The position numbers and the translations under genes were made by a program. A stretch of DNA of 64,000 nucleotides from Hydrolagus affinis (lineage: Eukaryota). Below are positions 52,233 through 64,000 of the stretch, piece after piece (position 1 is the stretch's first letter; each line of letters opens with the position of its first letter). The notes under the pieces were generated by a model. It was not told the origin of the DNA. It saw only the letters and a list, made by a program, of their open reading frames with translations, and ran no database searches. The stretch covers positions 1-64,000 of the forward strand of contig JAAILG010001067.1 in assembly GCA_012026655.1 (NCBI GenBank), in the 5' to 3' direction.

Positions 52233-53929
52233 TAAAATGAGTGGTTTTGGAACCATCCATGGCAAATTTGTGCTTCTTTTAAACTTAAGTCAAACAAATG
52301 ACTTATTGTCGGACATTGAGTTCTGCAAGAAGCATTTAAAACCAAACTTTTAAAATTCTTGTTTTATATATTCGCTATATTTCGTGACTACTAAATATGG
52401 TTAATCTCTTGTCTTAGAGATGAGGGATTTCAAAAACATTTTTCAGTACCTTTTGTGGGAAAAAGAATTGCTTTGAGCAAAATTAAATGAATTCTAAAGG
52501 GAACAAATGCACTGCCGCAGGTCAGCATAATACAATCTATCTGGTTTGCATACTGGTGGATAGGACTCGTGAGCGCCCCCAGGAGGTTTCCAGTGATTCC
52601 ATTTCACTCCCAACACCATTACATTTGAGTTCTGGTTGTACCGCTGCATATTTATCTTTGAACATTGCCATTAAGTTTCTATTCAGTATATTCCTTATAT
52701 TGGTCCAAATGTACAGTAGTATGATGAAAGCAGTTTAGAAAAAAATTATGCTTTTTTGGACAATCTGCTCGTTCTTGATTACTTTTGAATGAGTCATACA
52801 GCACAGCTTTTGTTTCCCAAGAAATGCATCTATGGGGCTGTTTTCTGAGAACTACTCAGTTTTAGTCATCTGCAACATTTGGGTTTGTATCAAGTGTTTG
52901 TCTCAATGATCTATTTCACATTTAAAATTGTTCATCAACATTTTGTATTCTTGAATAGTCATGAAAATGGGAGCTAAATAGACTTAGCAAACGAATCTAC
53001 AGTTTTCCTCTCCAGTTCTCCTCTCTAAGAAAGATGTTTCATTAAAAAAAACTAGGCATATTAAGCACATAGAAAATACTTTGAAAATTGATGAATGATT
53101 CCTAATTTTTGCCATAATATTTCATCACAAAGGGTATTTTCTTTGAGGGAATTGGAGGAAGGGCATAACCACCGATGTTATTTTTTAGTAAGTTATTAAT
53201 AGCTGTTTACATCAGTTTTGCAAATTAATCAAATGCTGATCTTTGGTTTGAGTCTCTGGAGAATTAGGTGCTCCAAGCTCTTTTTCCTCTCCCTCCAGAA
53301 GTTGTTCTTCCCAAATATGTTTAGGACCTCTTGTTTTTGGAGACTGAAGTGGATTTCCATTTATATCTCATCTTGCATTGTTTGTAACTTATGCTGGTTC
53401 ATTTAGTGGGACTGTTCAGCTGTGTGAATCACAGCGTCACTGCATAATCTATGAAAAGAAAGCTATTTCCATAAGGCGTGGCTTCAAGTGCACTTCATTT
53501 TGAGGATTTGAATTGTTGTCCAGCAATGCTTCTCCGTTGGGAAAATGGGATCAAATTATAGGGGATTTACCTCTCATCAAAGAAGATGTGAGCATGACAT
53601 TCTTTTCTACAGCTTGCCAACCGCTGTCTCCAAATCTGCGGTATTCCTCAACCATGAATTATTTAACTTATGGCAATTAAGATGTATTTTACAAGGATTT
53701 GTGTTAAGTGGGATGTTCTTTTGACCTTTTTAACATGCTCAGTTGCTGTCTAGAGATTCATTCTCACTTGCAGAGAATTGTTTAGGTAAACATAATTTTT
53801 ATTAGCAGTTACATAAGAATTAAGGAGGAAATATATTAAATTACCATTTCTTCCAAGAAAGGTTGCACTTGCTAACTTTATTAAAAAAAATCCCCAGTTA
53901 GTCAATTGTATTACATTTAATTGTTCTAT

Positions 53930-54140
53930 TACAACAACAACAAAGGCACTGACCTGGGACCCGAGCAGGGGAGAGGGGTAGGGGGTTGGGATGAGAGAGT
54001 GTTAGGAGGGGAGGGAGATAGTTACGAGGGCAGCAGAAGGCAATGTTGAAGAGGAGGGACTTGAGAGCGGCCTTGAAGGAGGCGAGCGAGCAAGGCAAAG
54101 GGATTGTGGGATGGAGTTCCAAGGTGTGGGGGCAGAAGCA
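53930..54140 (-). mobile_element. L2-clade LINE 3' fragment
   Basis: (CAA)n at 53930, purine-rich UTR, ggagttccaaggtgtgggggcaga (reverse of the AP.LWNS motif). Confidence 0.68.
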
Positions 54141-54647
54141 CCTAATTTATAATGAAAAAGTATTGCTCATATATTGGTAGGTTTATGTGATGGTAAAGTG
54201 GGCATTTACATAATTGCAGCACAAATTTGGTATTCTAATCTTGGCTGAAATGCGTTCTGAATTGCTGCCAGTACTAAACGCCCAACAGGTAAATTCAATG
54301 TTGGCACGAGTTCAGGAGTGCTGAAGTATAAACCACACAGGAATGTAGGGCAAGCTCATTGTTCCCAGATATCAACATTGCAGTTAACATGCATTAAGTC
54401 ATAGTATGCAGGCGCTACATGAATGTTATAGATGCAGATGTGTACTGCAAATGTTTTGAGAAATCCTGCAGCAGATTAATTCCTACGATGTAATTGTAAA
54501 TTGTATAACTTGGAATTTTGCTTGAGTAGGAAATTGTATTGCCCTAGTTTCTAATTACACACAATCACAGAAGGTAGCATTTGGGAATCTTCAGGAACTT
54601 GGTTTGAGCTGTGCTTCCGTGAAATAAGATTGTATGAAACCTGTATG

Positions 54648-54885
54648 TACAACAACAACAACAACAAATTACATTTATAGAGCGCCTTTCACGTCGGGAG
54701 GACGTCCCAAGGCGCTGCACAGGAGACGTGTGACCCGAGCTGGGAGGGGAGTGTTTGGGCGGGGGTGAAACACGAAGGGGAGGTTGAAGAATTCGGGGTG
54801 GAACAAAAGGCACGGTCGAAGAGGAAAGTCTTCAAACCGGCCTTGAAAGAGGAAAGGGAAGAAACGAACGAAGGGATTGGGGGAT
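54648..54885 (-). mobile_element. L2-clade LINE 3' end, relatively well preserved (CpG retained)
   Basis: (CAA)n aattacatttatagagcgcctttcacgtcgggaggacgtcccaaggcgctg ... Confidence 0.8.
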
Positions 54886-57039
54886 ATAATCTCTGGACTT
54901 TTTATGAAATGCTTTATTTTCACAAAATACAAATTGAATTAGAGAAGGTGTTCTACTCAGACCTAGAATGAACAGATCCACATTTTTGATTTGTCACACT
55001 TGTCATTGGTTTTTAAATCTATTTTATAACAACATTTATTTTTAATAAACTTCAAATCTCTTGTGTGTAACAGTTTGTGTAGCACATTTGTGATGTGCAA
55101 ATGTCTGGAAGAAATTCCTATTATATCTTGTGTTCAATTTGTTTTCAATGCAGCAATTATGCAGAAAAGGCATTAAAACCGATCAATAGTTGTGAAACCT
55201 ATGTGAGAACAGTATTGATATTCAATGTTACCTTTATGTTCTGCAATATTTTAAGTTTGTCAGACCTCAATCTGCCTGAACCTATACTGATAATCAAGCC
55301 TCTGTTATTTAAGAACTTTCAAAACTATAGCTCTGCATAGATTTCAGAATTTTAAGCGATAAGCAATCTTATTTAAACAATAAAAACAATCTTGTTCATT
55401 TTCTTTTTTCACGATCTTTTTCTTTGACTAAAATTCACTGCATAAACATAACATCTTATCAAATCTAATCCATCTGAAGATCATGTACAGTTTGTGCTAT
55501 TGAAGACTTTCTCCAACTCTAATCTGAGGAAATGTGTAAACTTCCTACTTAACCAGCTAGCATAACTCACTACGTTATTTCCCTTTGGTTGCCTTCAATT
55601 GTTTAATAAATCTTGAAGCTCAGGAATCTCTGTCCCCTACAGTCTTCAGATTTATTTCTATACTTGGACTTTGCTCATTCCTCTTCCTAATCAAATATTC
55701 AAAATCTGGAAAATTCTAAACCTTCACAAACTGGAATACAAAGTGATGGTAATGAAATCTGAATAAGAACGGTGGACAATGACATGAGAAAAACAGCCAG
55801 AGGGTCCAAAATACAGCTGGCTGGTTACATTCCTGGCACCAGTTTTGATATGAAACACTGCAGAAAAGACAACAAAAAATGCATTGTGTAGCAGCTGCCT
55901 GAGTACAGACCCCCAAACGCTTGCCTGCATCTTGTCACAAAGGCACAAGTGACGATCAACTATTCATTGCTTACCGCAAGTAATTCCTGTTGTACAAATA
56001 TAGGTGCAAAAGACCAAAAACAGAACTACATCTGTTAGAGTTACAGATTGAACTTTTTTTTAAAACAGTATTTTAATTCAAGTAAATCAAAGCAATACTT
56101 CATATTGCCACAAGATTAGAATGTAGTGCAGAACTCAAAACAGCCCTATAAATAGGCAGTTCCCATAGCGCAGAGCATATCATAGAATCATAGAATTTTA
56201 CAGCACAAATAGTTCTACAGAATTATCCTTGCAGTCCTAATATGGCCTAGCATAGGTGTCCTGAATGATGGATTGCCTGGAATGTCCAGAAAACATGGAG
56301 AAGATTCCTCTACACTTTTGCATCTATTTCAGTTGTTGTTGTTGTATTTCAACACCTGTTAGCAGCCAAAATAAATGATGATGTAGGTGCAGCATAGTAC
56401 GATTCAACTGGCGGCCCACGGGCCGAATTCATCTAACTCCACATATCCTCTCCCTACACTTCATCTGGCCCATCCGTACCCTGGCCCTCCATAGCCCGGA
56501 AATGTTATGTTGTATGTCTAGATGGGGATAAACATATAGGAATATTCCTTTCTCAAATAGGGAATCAGCACCAAAAGGTTGGACCTTCCTGAGGTATATA
56601 TCTGGGGCAGTTTGTCATTCTTATCGTCTTGAATCTTGTTGCAGCTCACCAGAGTACACTGGGCCAAACAGTAACTTTCCCCCCTACAGTTCATTAGATT
56701 CAGCAAAAGATAACCCAGTAATAGATGGCACATTTCTCTTCCAATTGTAAGAAACGTCTGCATTGTCAGCAAAGGGCACCTAGTTCTTGGCACAATCTGA
56801 TTGTCAATTTAATGGTATGTCTCCTGCTAAAGAATTGACTAACTTCATCAGTCTGTCCCACATAATCCACTATTTTGGTTTGAGGGAAGACAGACAGATT
56901 CTTATCTCAAGTCTTGTTTGAGTTTTGTTAATTTTATGCTGATGGCTTTTAGTTCTGCATTCACAATCCAAATTAAATGATCTGCTTACATCACCGTTAT
57001 TTATTCATTCCAGCATTGTTCGAATTATCAGAATCAGTG

Positions 57040-57183
57040 TGGCTCCCTCCCTTGCCTCCTTCAAGACCTGTCCAAGACCCGCACCTTTGGCCTCCACACG
57101 TTCTTGTTCCAAATTGCTGACTGTCCAGCACCATGGGACATCCTCCAGATGTGAAAGGCGCTGTACAAATGTAATTTGTTATT
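57040..57183 (+). mobile_element. L2 3' end
   Basis: tgactgtccagcaccatgggacatcctccagatgtgaaaggcgctgtacaaatgtaatttgtt. Confidence 0.75.
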
Positions 57184-57257
57184 TAAATAAACTGCAGTAA
57201 AGTTTTTGAAAACTTTAAGTGTAACTGCGAATACAAATTTGGACAGAGCATTGTACT

Positions 57258-57332
57258 TAAACAACAACAACAAAGTTACATTTGTCTAGCACCTTTTACG
57301 TCAGGAGGACATCCCATGGCGCTTGGTAGACT
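57258..57332 (-). mobile_element. L2 tail
   Basis: (CAA)n agttacatttgtctagcaccttttacgtcaggaggacatcccatggcgcttgg. Confidence 0.75.
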
Positions 57333-57570
57333 GCAGAGTCCACTGGCCATCCATGACCTGCTGAATTTGGGTTATCAAAAGCAGGAGTTAGTTCCTTCCT
57401 GTGGGTACTTTGTGCTACTATGATTTTTGACTCAGAGAAAAATAAGTTTTCTTACGATTATTGAAGCCAGGTGTTTTGAAAACTGTATCTGCCAGAACAT
57501 CTTTGAATGCCTATCTGGTCAGATCAACTTCTGGCTGCTGATGTTGGTGACTGCTCGCTTTACAAGGTAC

Positions 57571-57748
57571 CAACAATAACAAACAAAATTACATTTGTAA
57601 AGTGTCTTGCATGTCGGGAGAATGTCCCAAGGTGGACAGTCAGTGTTTTGGATACGAGCCAGGGAGCAGAATCGTGGAGGGTGGTGATAGCGTAGGGGGG
57701 GTTAAGAGGAGAGCGACGAAAGGCACTGACAAAGAAGTCAGGAAGGGA
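57571..57748 (-). mobile_element. L2 3' end
   Basis: caaaattacatttgtaaagtgtcttgcatgtcgggagaatgtcccaaggtggacagtcag followed by a purine-rich UTR. Confidence 0.68.
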
Positions 57749-58374
57749 ATAATTTTTACGGCAGTTTCGTGCACTGAAATACATTCGTTTCTCGTTTCAG
57801 TGTGGCAAAGTATGGAAACTCAAACTTGCAATTACTGTGGGTCACAGCAGGCTGTCATTTATTTATTTCTACTATCATTTCAGTTTGAGAGACACCACAA
57901 AAAAAAAGTGAAAATTCACTGAAGTGTTTGTGGTTCTGTTGGATTAGTTTCTTCTTTAGCAACCAATTGCTTCCTGAGAAGCTGAGGCATTCCTTTGGCT
58001 CCAATGATCATTTCTGGATATTTGACAGATCAGTTTGTTCTGCCATGGAAACCAAGAATAGCCTTGGCAACTGCAAATCTCTATTCTGGGACTGTAATTC
58101 CTGTTTTCCTTATCTGGATGTCCAATGTCAGATTTAAAAACTCATTTTTAATTATTTACACTTGTACGCTAAAAAAAAAGCTATGCAGCTGTGAAATTCA
58201 TTTACTCCAGAGAAAAACAATGATACTTCTCTTACAACAAGAGCCTGGAGATAGAGTAAAGGATTGCCAAGTTTTAAAGGTCTGAAATTGAAGTGGAAAG
58301 AATGCTTCCCTGCTCAAAAAGGATTCAACACCACAGAACTGTTGTTCTGTTTTCGTCTACAAAATAGCTTTACA

Positions 58375-58470
58375 ATATCACTTTACAATACTGTATATTC
58401 TGTGAAGTGCTTTGGCACCTCTCAGATTACGTGCTATAATGCTATATCAAATGCGAGGATTATTATTATC
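58375..58470 (+). mobile_element. SINE family S tail
   Basis: tatattctgtgaagtgctttgg ... gctatatcaaatgcgaggattattatt. Confidence 0.72.
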
Positions 58471-59654
58471 ACTTTTTTTTGCCCAGTTTGTTCTATTAAC
58501 TAATTTAAAATTGTATTTGCTGAATTTGGTTATTTAGTGAATTGAACTAATCTCACCGCAACCTCACCTGAATGAGATTTCTCAATGGAACTGCTTGCAG
58601 CCTTAATGTCAGGTCAAACATCACTATTTATTAGTTGAACAATGTGAAAGTGATTAGCTAGCCCCAGTGTTAGGAAAACACTAACATTTTTACAATCAGA
58701 TCTTTTTGTGGTTGAGATCACAAAAATACAAGTGAACGTGAAAGATGTGCTAAATTGCACAGCTGTGATTTATACAATGGACTGAAATTCCTAATCCGAT
58801 TTTGCGATGAAGTCATTTTCCTTGTAGAAATTTTCTAAATGAGCAATTTGTGATGGGGACCGAAGGCTATTGATTTAACAATTTGACACATACTCTTATT
58901 ATAGTTGAGTATGTTTGCTGTGAATAAGCTTGTGTACATATAATAATTTTGTGGGACAGCTGCAGTATTTTTATATATAGAAAACCTATATTTGAGTTGC
59001 TAAGTTTCCAGATGGAAATGTGTAGTTCTATCTATTTAAATGTATGTTGTATAATGGATTATTCTATAGTTTACTCAATTTCATTACTATAATTGTCATA
59101 TTAAAAGTGAAATATAAAAGCACATGTAATACTAATACTCTGGTCACTTACAGGAGTTATTAATGAATGTGTTTGCTGATTGCCATGCAAAAATTTGAGC
59201 TTGAAGCATAAAGTGGTATATACAGTGGTGCTAATAAGGTAGTTGATTGTCTAGTTCATTCCGAGATTGGGGGGCATAATTGCATGTTTTGCCCTGTGGA
59301 TTTCACAATAATGCTGCCTATGTTCTGAGAGCATAGTGTTTGACTTCAAGAATTGGACATTAGTGGTGCATCAAATATTGGGCAAGTATTTTATTTTTCT
59401 CACCTCTTGGGTTGTCTGGGCAATTAGGACAGGAGAATGCTTGCAGTTATCAAATAGCCAACAACTTGGATTTATATAGTGCCCTCCACGCCGGCCAGCG
59501 TCTCAGAGCCAGAATCCTACTTTCGATTCCATTACTGTGATCCACCTGAGCATAGGATGACTTTGCGTTGTATGTTCGTTTTTGCTTGTGACTGTAGCAG
59601 GGGGGAAGCTTATGCTGTCTGGCCATCATTTTGTTTTACCTTTGTAGCATATTC

Positions 59655-59890
59655 ATGCTTTCATCACATCCAGGCTTGACTATGCGAATGGCCAGCTTGT
59701 CGGCCTTCCAATTCCTCCCTCCTAGGCTACAGATCATCCAGAACTCTGTAGCCCATGTCCTCTATTGCTCTAAGCCATGTGACCCCCATCTCCCCCATTC
59801 TCACCCGATTGCATTGGCTTCCCATCACCCAGTGGATTCAATTCAAGATTCTGGTCCTCACTTTCAAAGCCCTCCAAGGCCTCACCCCAT
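59655..59890 (+). mobile_element. L2-clade LINE ORF2 C-terminal fragment
   Basis: Across frames reads SRLDYANGQL..., LQIIQNSVAHVL..., LHWLPITQWIQFKILVLTFKALQGLTP, the typical L2 ORF2 C-terminal motifs. Confidence 0.85.
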
Positions 59891-59892
59891 AA

Positions 59893-60110
59893 TAGTACTA
59901 ATAATAATCTTTGCATTTGGTATAGAATCTTTCACGTCTTCTAGACATCTCAAAGCACTTCACAGAATATACTGTAAAGCGAATTGACTGTATATTTGTA
60001 GGCGAAATGCGGCAGCCAATTGTGCACAGCAGTGTCCCACAAACAGTCGTGGATAGACGGACTAAATTTTTTTTTTTTTTTTATGGATTATTATTACGAC
60101 CGTGGAGTGA
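59893..60110 (-). mobile_element. 5'-truncated SINE family S
   Basis: Close match to the family tail and body (ttcacagaatatactgtaaagcgaattgactgtatatttgtaggcgaaatgcggcagcc); no tRNA head. Confidence 0.88.
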
Positions 60111-60124
60111 GATGTCTGAAACAT

Positions 60125-60193
60125 TGACTGTCCAGCGCCTTGGGACGTCCTCCCAACGTGAAAGGCGCTAAACAAATATAATTTTGTTTGTTG
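60125..60193 (+). mobile_element. L2 tail
   Basis: tgactgtccagcgccttgggacgtcctcccaacgtgaaaggcgctaaacaaatataattttgtttgttg. Confidence 0.78.
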
Positions 60194-61302
60194 ATAATTC
60201 AGTGTTATTAGCCTGCATTTTTCAGCTAATCCTTATTTTGAATTTGCTTTGGCTTCTTGTTGAGGTGTCTTGTATGGATTGAGTCGCCAAATTATCATTT
60301 ATTTGTAACGATAAATAAATATATATTTATTTATATAGATTATTTATTAGCCTGGAAAAGTGATCTAATCGACTAACAAGTGGGTTCAAATTTACTCCAA
60401 GGTAAACAGAGAAGTGCGAAGTAAAGAAGCCCGCCTAACGTTTCGCCCTGCCTACAATTGGCAGGATTTTTGTTTTAAGATGAAACTCTAGTTCCTAAAT
60501 GGCAACAGGACACAGGCAGAATGTTTGTTACTGTTTGATCTACGAACAATGAAATAGATATTGCTCGTGGTTTGTGGGAGGATTCTTTCCTCTGGGATTT
60601 GTGAAAACATAGAGAAAAGATTAAGCAAATGCACAGTAGGTAAATAAGATTTTATCTTTTTCAAATACTATGTATACATTTCCTGTCTGAACAACGATTC
60701 CAGTTTACAAATGTGATGGATGATGTTGTAAAATAAAATTGTTTTGTAAGCAGCAAATGACTGCTGCACATTTTTTTGGTAAACATAAAATTCAATTTTT
60801 ACAAATTCTTCAGTTGCATAGTTGAGGCTGATGCGCAGTATTTCCTTTCTCCTCTAAGTTGTTACAGCAATATCAGCTGAACATCTCACATACTTTGGTT
60901 TTGGTGTGAAGTGATACTTTGTTGGGATTCTGATACCAAGCATAATAAAAATACCTGTTTTTTCTGAAAAGAGTAGCAGCAGGTTGTTAGTGTTTGCACT
61001 ACCACCTCATAATTTTGCAACTACACAATGTGTGGAGCCAGCATGAAGTTTAGAAGATGGTCAGGTAGCCTGTCTCAATACCAGTATGTCTCTAGGCTGG
61101 TAATTTCAGCAACGGTTGAAGATCAGTGAGCCATTGGTTCTTTTTCCCCCCTAACACGAGTGGGCAATACAGCTGCTTGTTTGCAATGTTCCTGATGCTT
61201 TGTGGTTTAGTACAGTAGAACTGGAGCAGAAAATGTGCCTTCCACCTGACAGCACAAAAATGTTGTTTCATTCTGACTGTGCTGTATATTGAACAAATCA
61301 TT

Positions 61303-61307
<5 letters not shown>

Positions 61308-61349
<42 letters not shown>

Positions 61350-61375
61350 TATCTATAATTTCATATATATATATA
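61308..61375. repeat. (TA)n microsatellite, interrupted
   Basis: Visible TA dinucleotide run. Confidence 0.95.
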
Positions 61376-62103
61376 GACAGTCATGGTGTGCATTGCAAAT
61401 GGTTGAGTGGCATTGCTTTAATGTATAGGTCCATATATAGGCTCAGTTCAAGCTGTTATTGGTGTTGCTTATCTTTCTGCATCAAAGTTTCTGGTACTTG
61501 CATATAGATTTTGATGCTTGACTGCTCACTGCATTTCCAGGAAAATCCTTTGAGGAAATAATAGGTTAGAGTACATTATTTGTGGAAGCAGTTTATACGT
61601 GCATTATGTGCTCAGTTTAGTGGCATTTGCTGTACCAATATTTACCTTTGAGCGTTTCATTTTTTTAAATTAAAAAACAACACTACTGTGCTTTATGTTG
61701 GTCTGTCACCTTCTTTGCTCTTGAGGTCTCCCATCTTTCAGCTGAAATTCCTCTGTTGGAAATTGCATATAAATGGCAAATTATATTTGTATAAGATGGA
61801 AATAATATGACATGGCAAAAAGTAATGAGGAATGTATAAAATCGTTGACTGGAACATTACTTGAAAGTATTAAGCATTTACCATGATCTCCATTTCTTAA
61901 TTTTGATAGTGAAATGTTGATATAATCTCTTAAAGATTTCCATTTTTATTCATCTCAACCAGCCCATCCACTTTGTTAGAGTGTCAATATTTACAATGCT
62001 TTTAAATACATCATCTTTTCACAGTTGGTTTGCACCTGCTGCTCAAAAGCGAAGCTAGATTTAATTTCTCATGAAATAATTGGGGGATTTTTTTGTTTTT
62101 CAG

Positions 62104-62188
62104 TGGTGGAAGATGGTCTCTGGGAAAATGGACTCACATACGAATGCCGAACATTGCTATTCAAAGCCATTCATAATTTGCTAGAAAG
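62104..62188 (+). CDS. MED13L: MED13L coding exon (orthologous to exon 3)
   Basis: ttttttgtttttCAG|TG at 62103/62104; donor GAAAG|GTAAGG at 62188/62189. Phase-1 join with the previous exon (G+TG=Val) reads [29 protein letters not shown], the conserved MED13/MED13L motif. The ORF track misses it. Confidence 0.96.
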
Positions 62189-64000
62189 GTAAGGAGGCAA
62201 ATCAGTCACCATGTTTTGGATTTTATTTGTCTGAGTGAAGGTCTGTAATACAGTTGAACACCAAAATTGAAAAGCTGTGTAATATGTTAGGAGATACAGT
62301 TGAGAATCAACAAGCTTGGCTTTTAAGATGTCTGATTATTTTAAAGGACATAAATGTAACTTTAGTGAAAACTGCAATCATAGTAATTCAAATGTGCTGC
62401 AATATTTTGTTTTGAATTGCAGTTGTACAGCAATGTTTTTGACAGGAACGGCTAGAAATACTACACCTGCACATATTACAGAGTGGTCTTTCCATGTATA
62501 AAAATTGGAAAGTCAGGGTCATTATTTTACAGGTATAAGATTTTTTTTTAAAAAACTAATATTTCAGCATTCAGGAGCTTGGGATATGTTGGATAGTAAG
62601 AATAGTGATGCTCAGATTTTCTGGTGTGAAATATGATCTTCATACCCTAGGAAATGTGAAAGTGTTTGTGTATTGGGGTAGAGAAAAGTTAACATGATAA
62701 ATAAACCAGGCTTTTTAAAAGAACAGTTTCTCAACAAGTAGCTTCCTCATTTGCACGACAGAACATTTAGCTATATGTGGCAGTTAAAAGAATCAAGTGG
62801 TTTATACCACAATAATTATCTATTATAATCACAATTCTAACTACAACGGTATTTGCACAGTGACAATTGAGCTGTAAGGGGTATCATGGAAAATGATTTG
62901 AAAGGTTGATTCAGTTTAGATATGGCAGCAGCAGAGAAGTCATTTGACATAAAACACCCGATAGCTGTTCTGTCAGACTTACACTAACTGGAATGCAGTT
63001 AGAAAGCAGGTACACCACATGCAGATTTTTTTTCCAGTAATGTTTCTTTGGAAAGCATTTGCAAGCAACTGTTGACAAAATCAACTTTTTTTTTGATGAA
63101 AAGTATAACAGTACAAAAGAAATGACTGCACCATAGAAAATATGCAAGCTTAAAGTTCTGGCAGCTTTCCAGATTTTTTTTTACACACCCTAGTATCACA
63201 TGCAGTGCATTTGTATAGATATCATTGTCAACCTCCAAGAAGTGCATTGTGTACTCTTAAGAAGTGGTGATGAATATTCCAGTGAGTTTGGAGCAGTAGT
63301 CCTGGATTGTGGATTGTGTGCACTGTGACGCGCATTTCAATATGCAGTGCAATGTTAAAAGGAAAGATTTGGATCTTAGAAGTAAATAATCCTATTGCAG
63401 AGATCTTCATGCTTGGCAAATACAGGCTGACCTCATTTCAATGAATCAACCTCGTTTCAGTACAATGTGAGTCTGTTTATAGTGCAGTCACACCACAAAC
63501 CTGACACTCCAGAAATGCTCACGAGGCACCATTATAAACGGGATCAGAAGTTATGGACCCAAATCACCACACTAGCGCCAGAGAAGACCTGTATAATCCT
63601 CCCTTATTTCTGGCAACAGTAACTACTTGCATTTATATAGCGCCCTTCACGCGAGGTAGCATCCCAACATGATTTCTGGCATGATTGCTTGCTTAACCAA
63701 ACATATTATCCACTTATCTAATAAGATTCTGGTTGAAATCAAAGGAAGTTGTTGGTATCTGTGCCGACTTTCATTGGTGATTGGCCTAAAATAGCATTGT
63801 ACCATTTGTACACAAGTGCTAATTTTTTAGTACTGTACTAGTTTCAAAATCTTAGGATAACAGGAAAAGGTTGTCAACTTTTTTTGGGTGGGCTGCTGAC
63901 ACGGAACATGACATCTCAGAATATATTGGTAAGTGAATTTAAGAGCTCTGAGACTACCCTGTGAGCGCTGCTATATAAATGCTTGTTGTTGAATTATAGC

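Larger units (their letters stand above)
1187..62103 (+). other. MED13L: MED13L intron 2 (GT-AG, phase 1, 60,917 nt)
   Basis: Canonical donor and acceptor; the reading frame is continuous across the join; no other convincing coding exon seen between them. Confidence 0.9.

Noticed and set aside
60311-60334. Perfect 24-nt palindrome ataaataaatatatatttatttat
   Set aside because: Pure A/T low-complexity sequence; readily arises by slippage.
1187-62103. Nested protein-coding gene, prokaryotic system or endogenous virus in the intron
   Set aside because: Apart from the gap-spanning artefacts, ORFs are under about 130 aa, and the only recognisable domains are Tigger and L2 fragments. A small spliced nested gene cannot be fully excluded by eye.
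949-62188. Assignment to the paralogue MED13
   Set aside because: Diagnostic residues ([33 protein letters not shown]) fit MED13L better.

Overview
AT-rich vertebrate genomic DNA. The repeat content (tRNA-headed SINEs with L2-type tails, Deu-domain SINE remnants, L2/CR1 tails) suggests a cartilaginous fish, but that is an inference. The window holds two coding exons of MED13L on the + strand, 949-1186 (238 nt) and 62104-62188 (85 nt), matching vertebrate exons 2 and 3. A canonical GT-AG phase-1 intron of 60,917 nt separates them. The intron carries about 14 copies of one tRNA-derived SINE family and many L2/CR1 3' fragments. It also has six non-autonomous Tc1/mariner-superfamily DNA elements (five Tigger-like, one Tc2/Kanga-like), a 100-N assembly gap and small repeats. 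Almost all ORFs in the supplied track are noise or repeat-derived. I found no evidence for a new protein-coding system. The most interesting signals are a foldback Tigger MITE built from an inverted duplication of the transposase 5' end, inverted SINE/LINE pairs that could form intronic dsRNA, candidate recursive splice sites, and CTCF-like or enhancer-like non-coding blocks. Repeat boundaries are approximate unless TIRs or splice sites define them.
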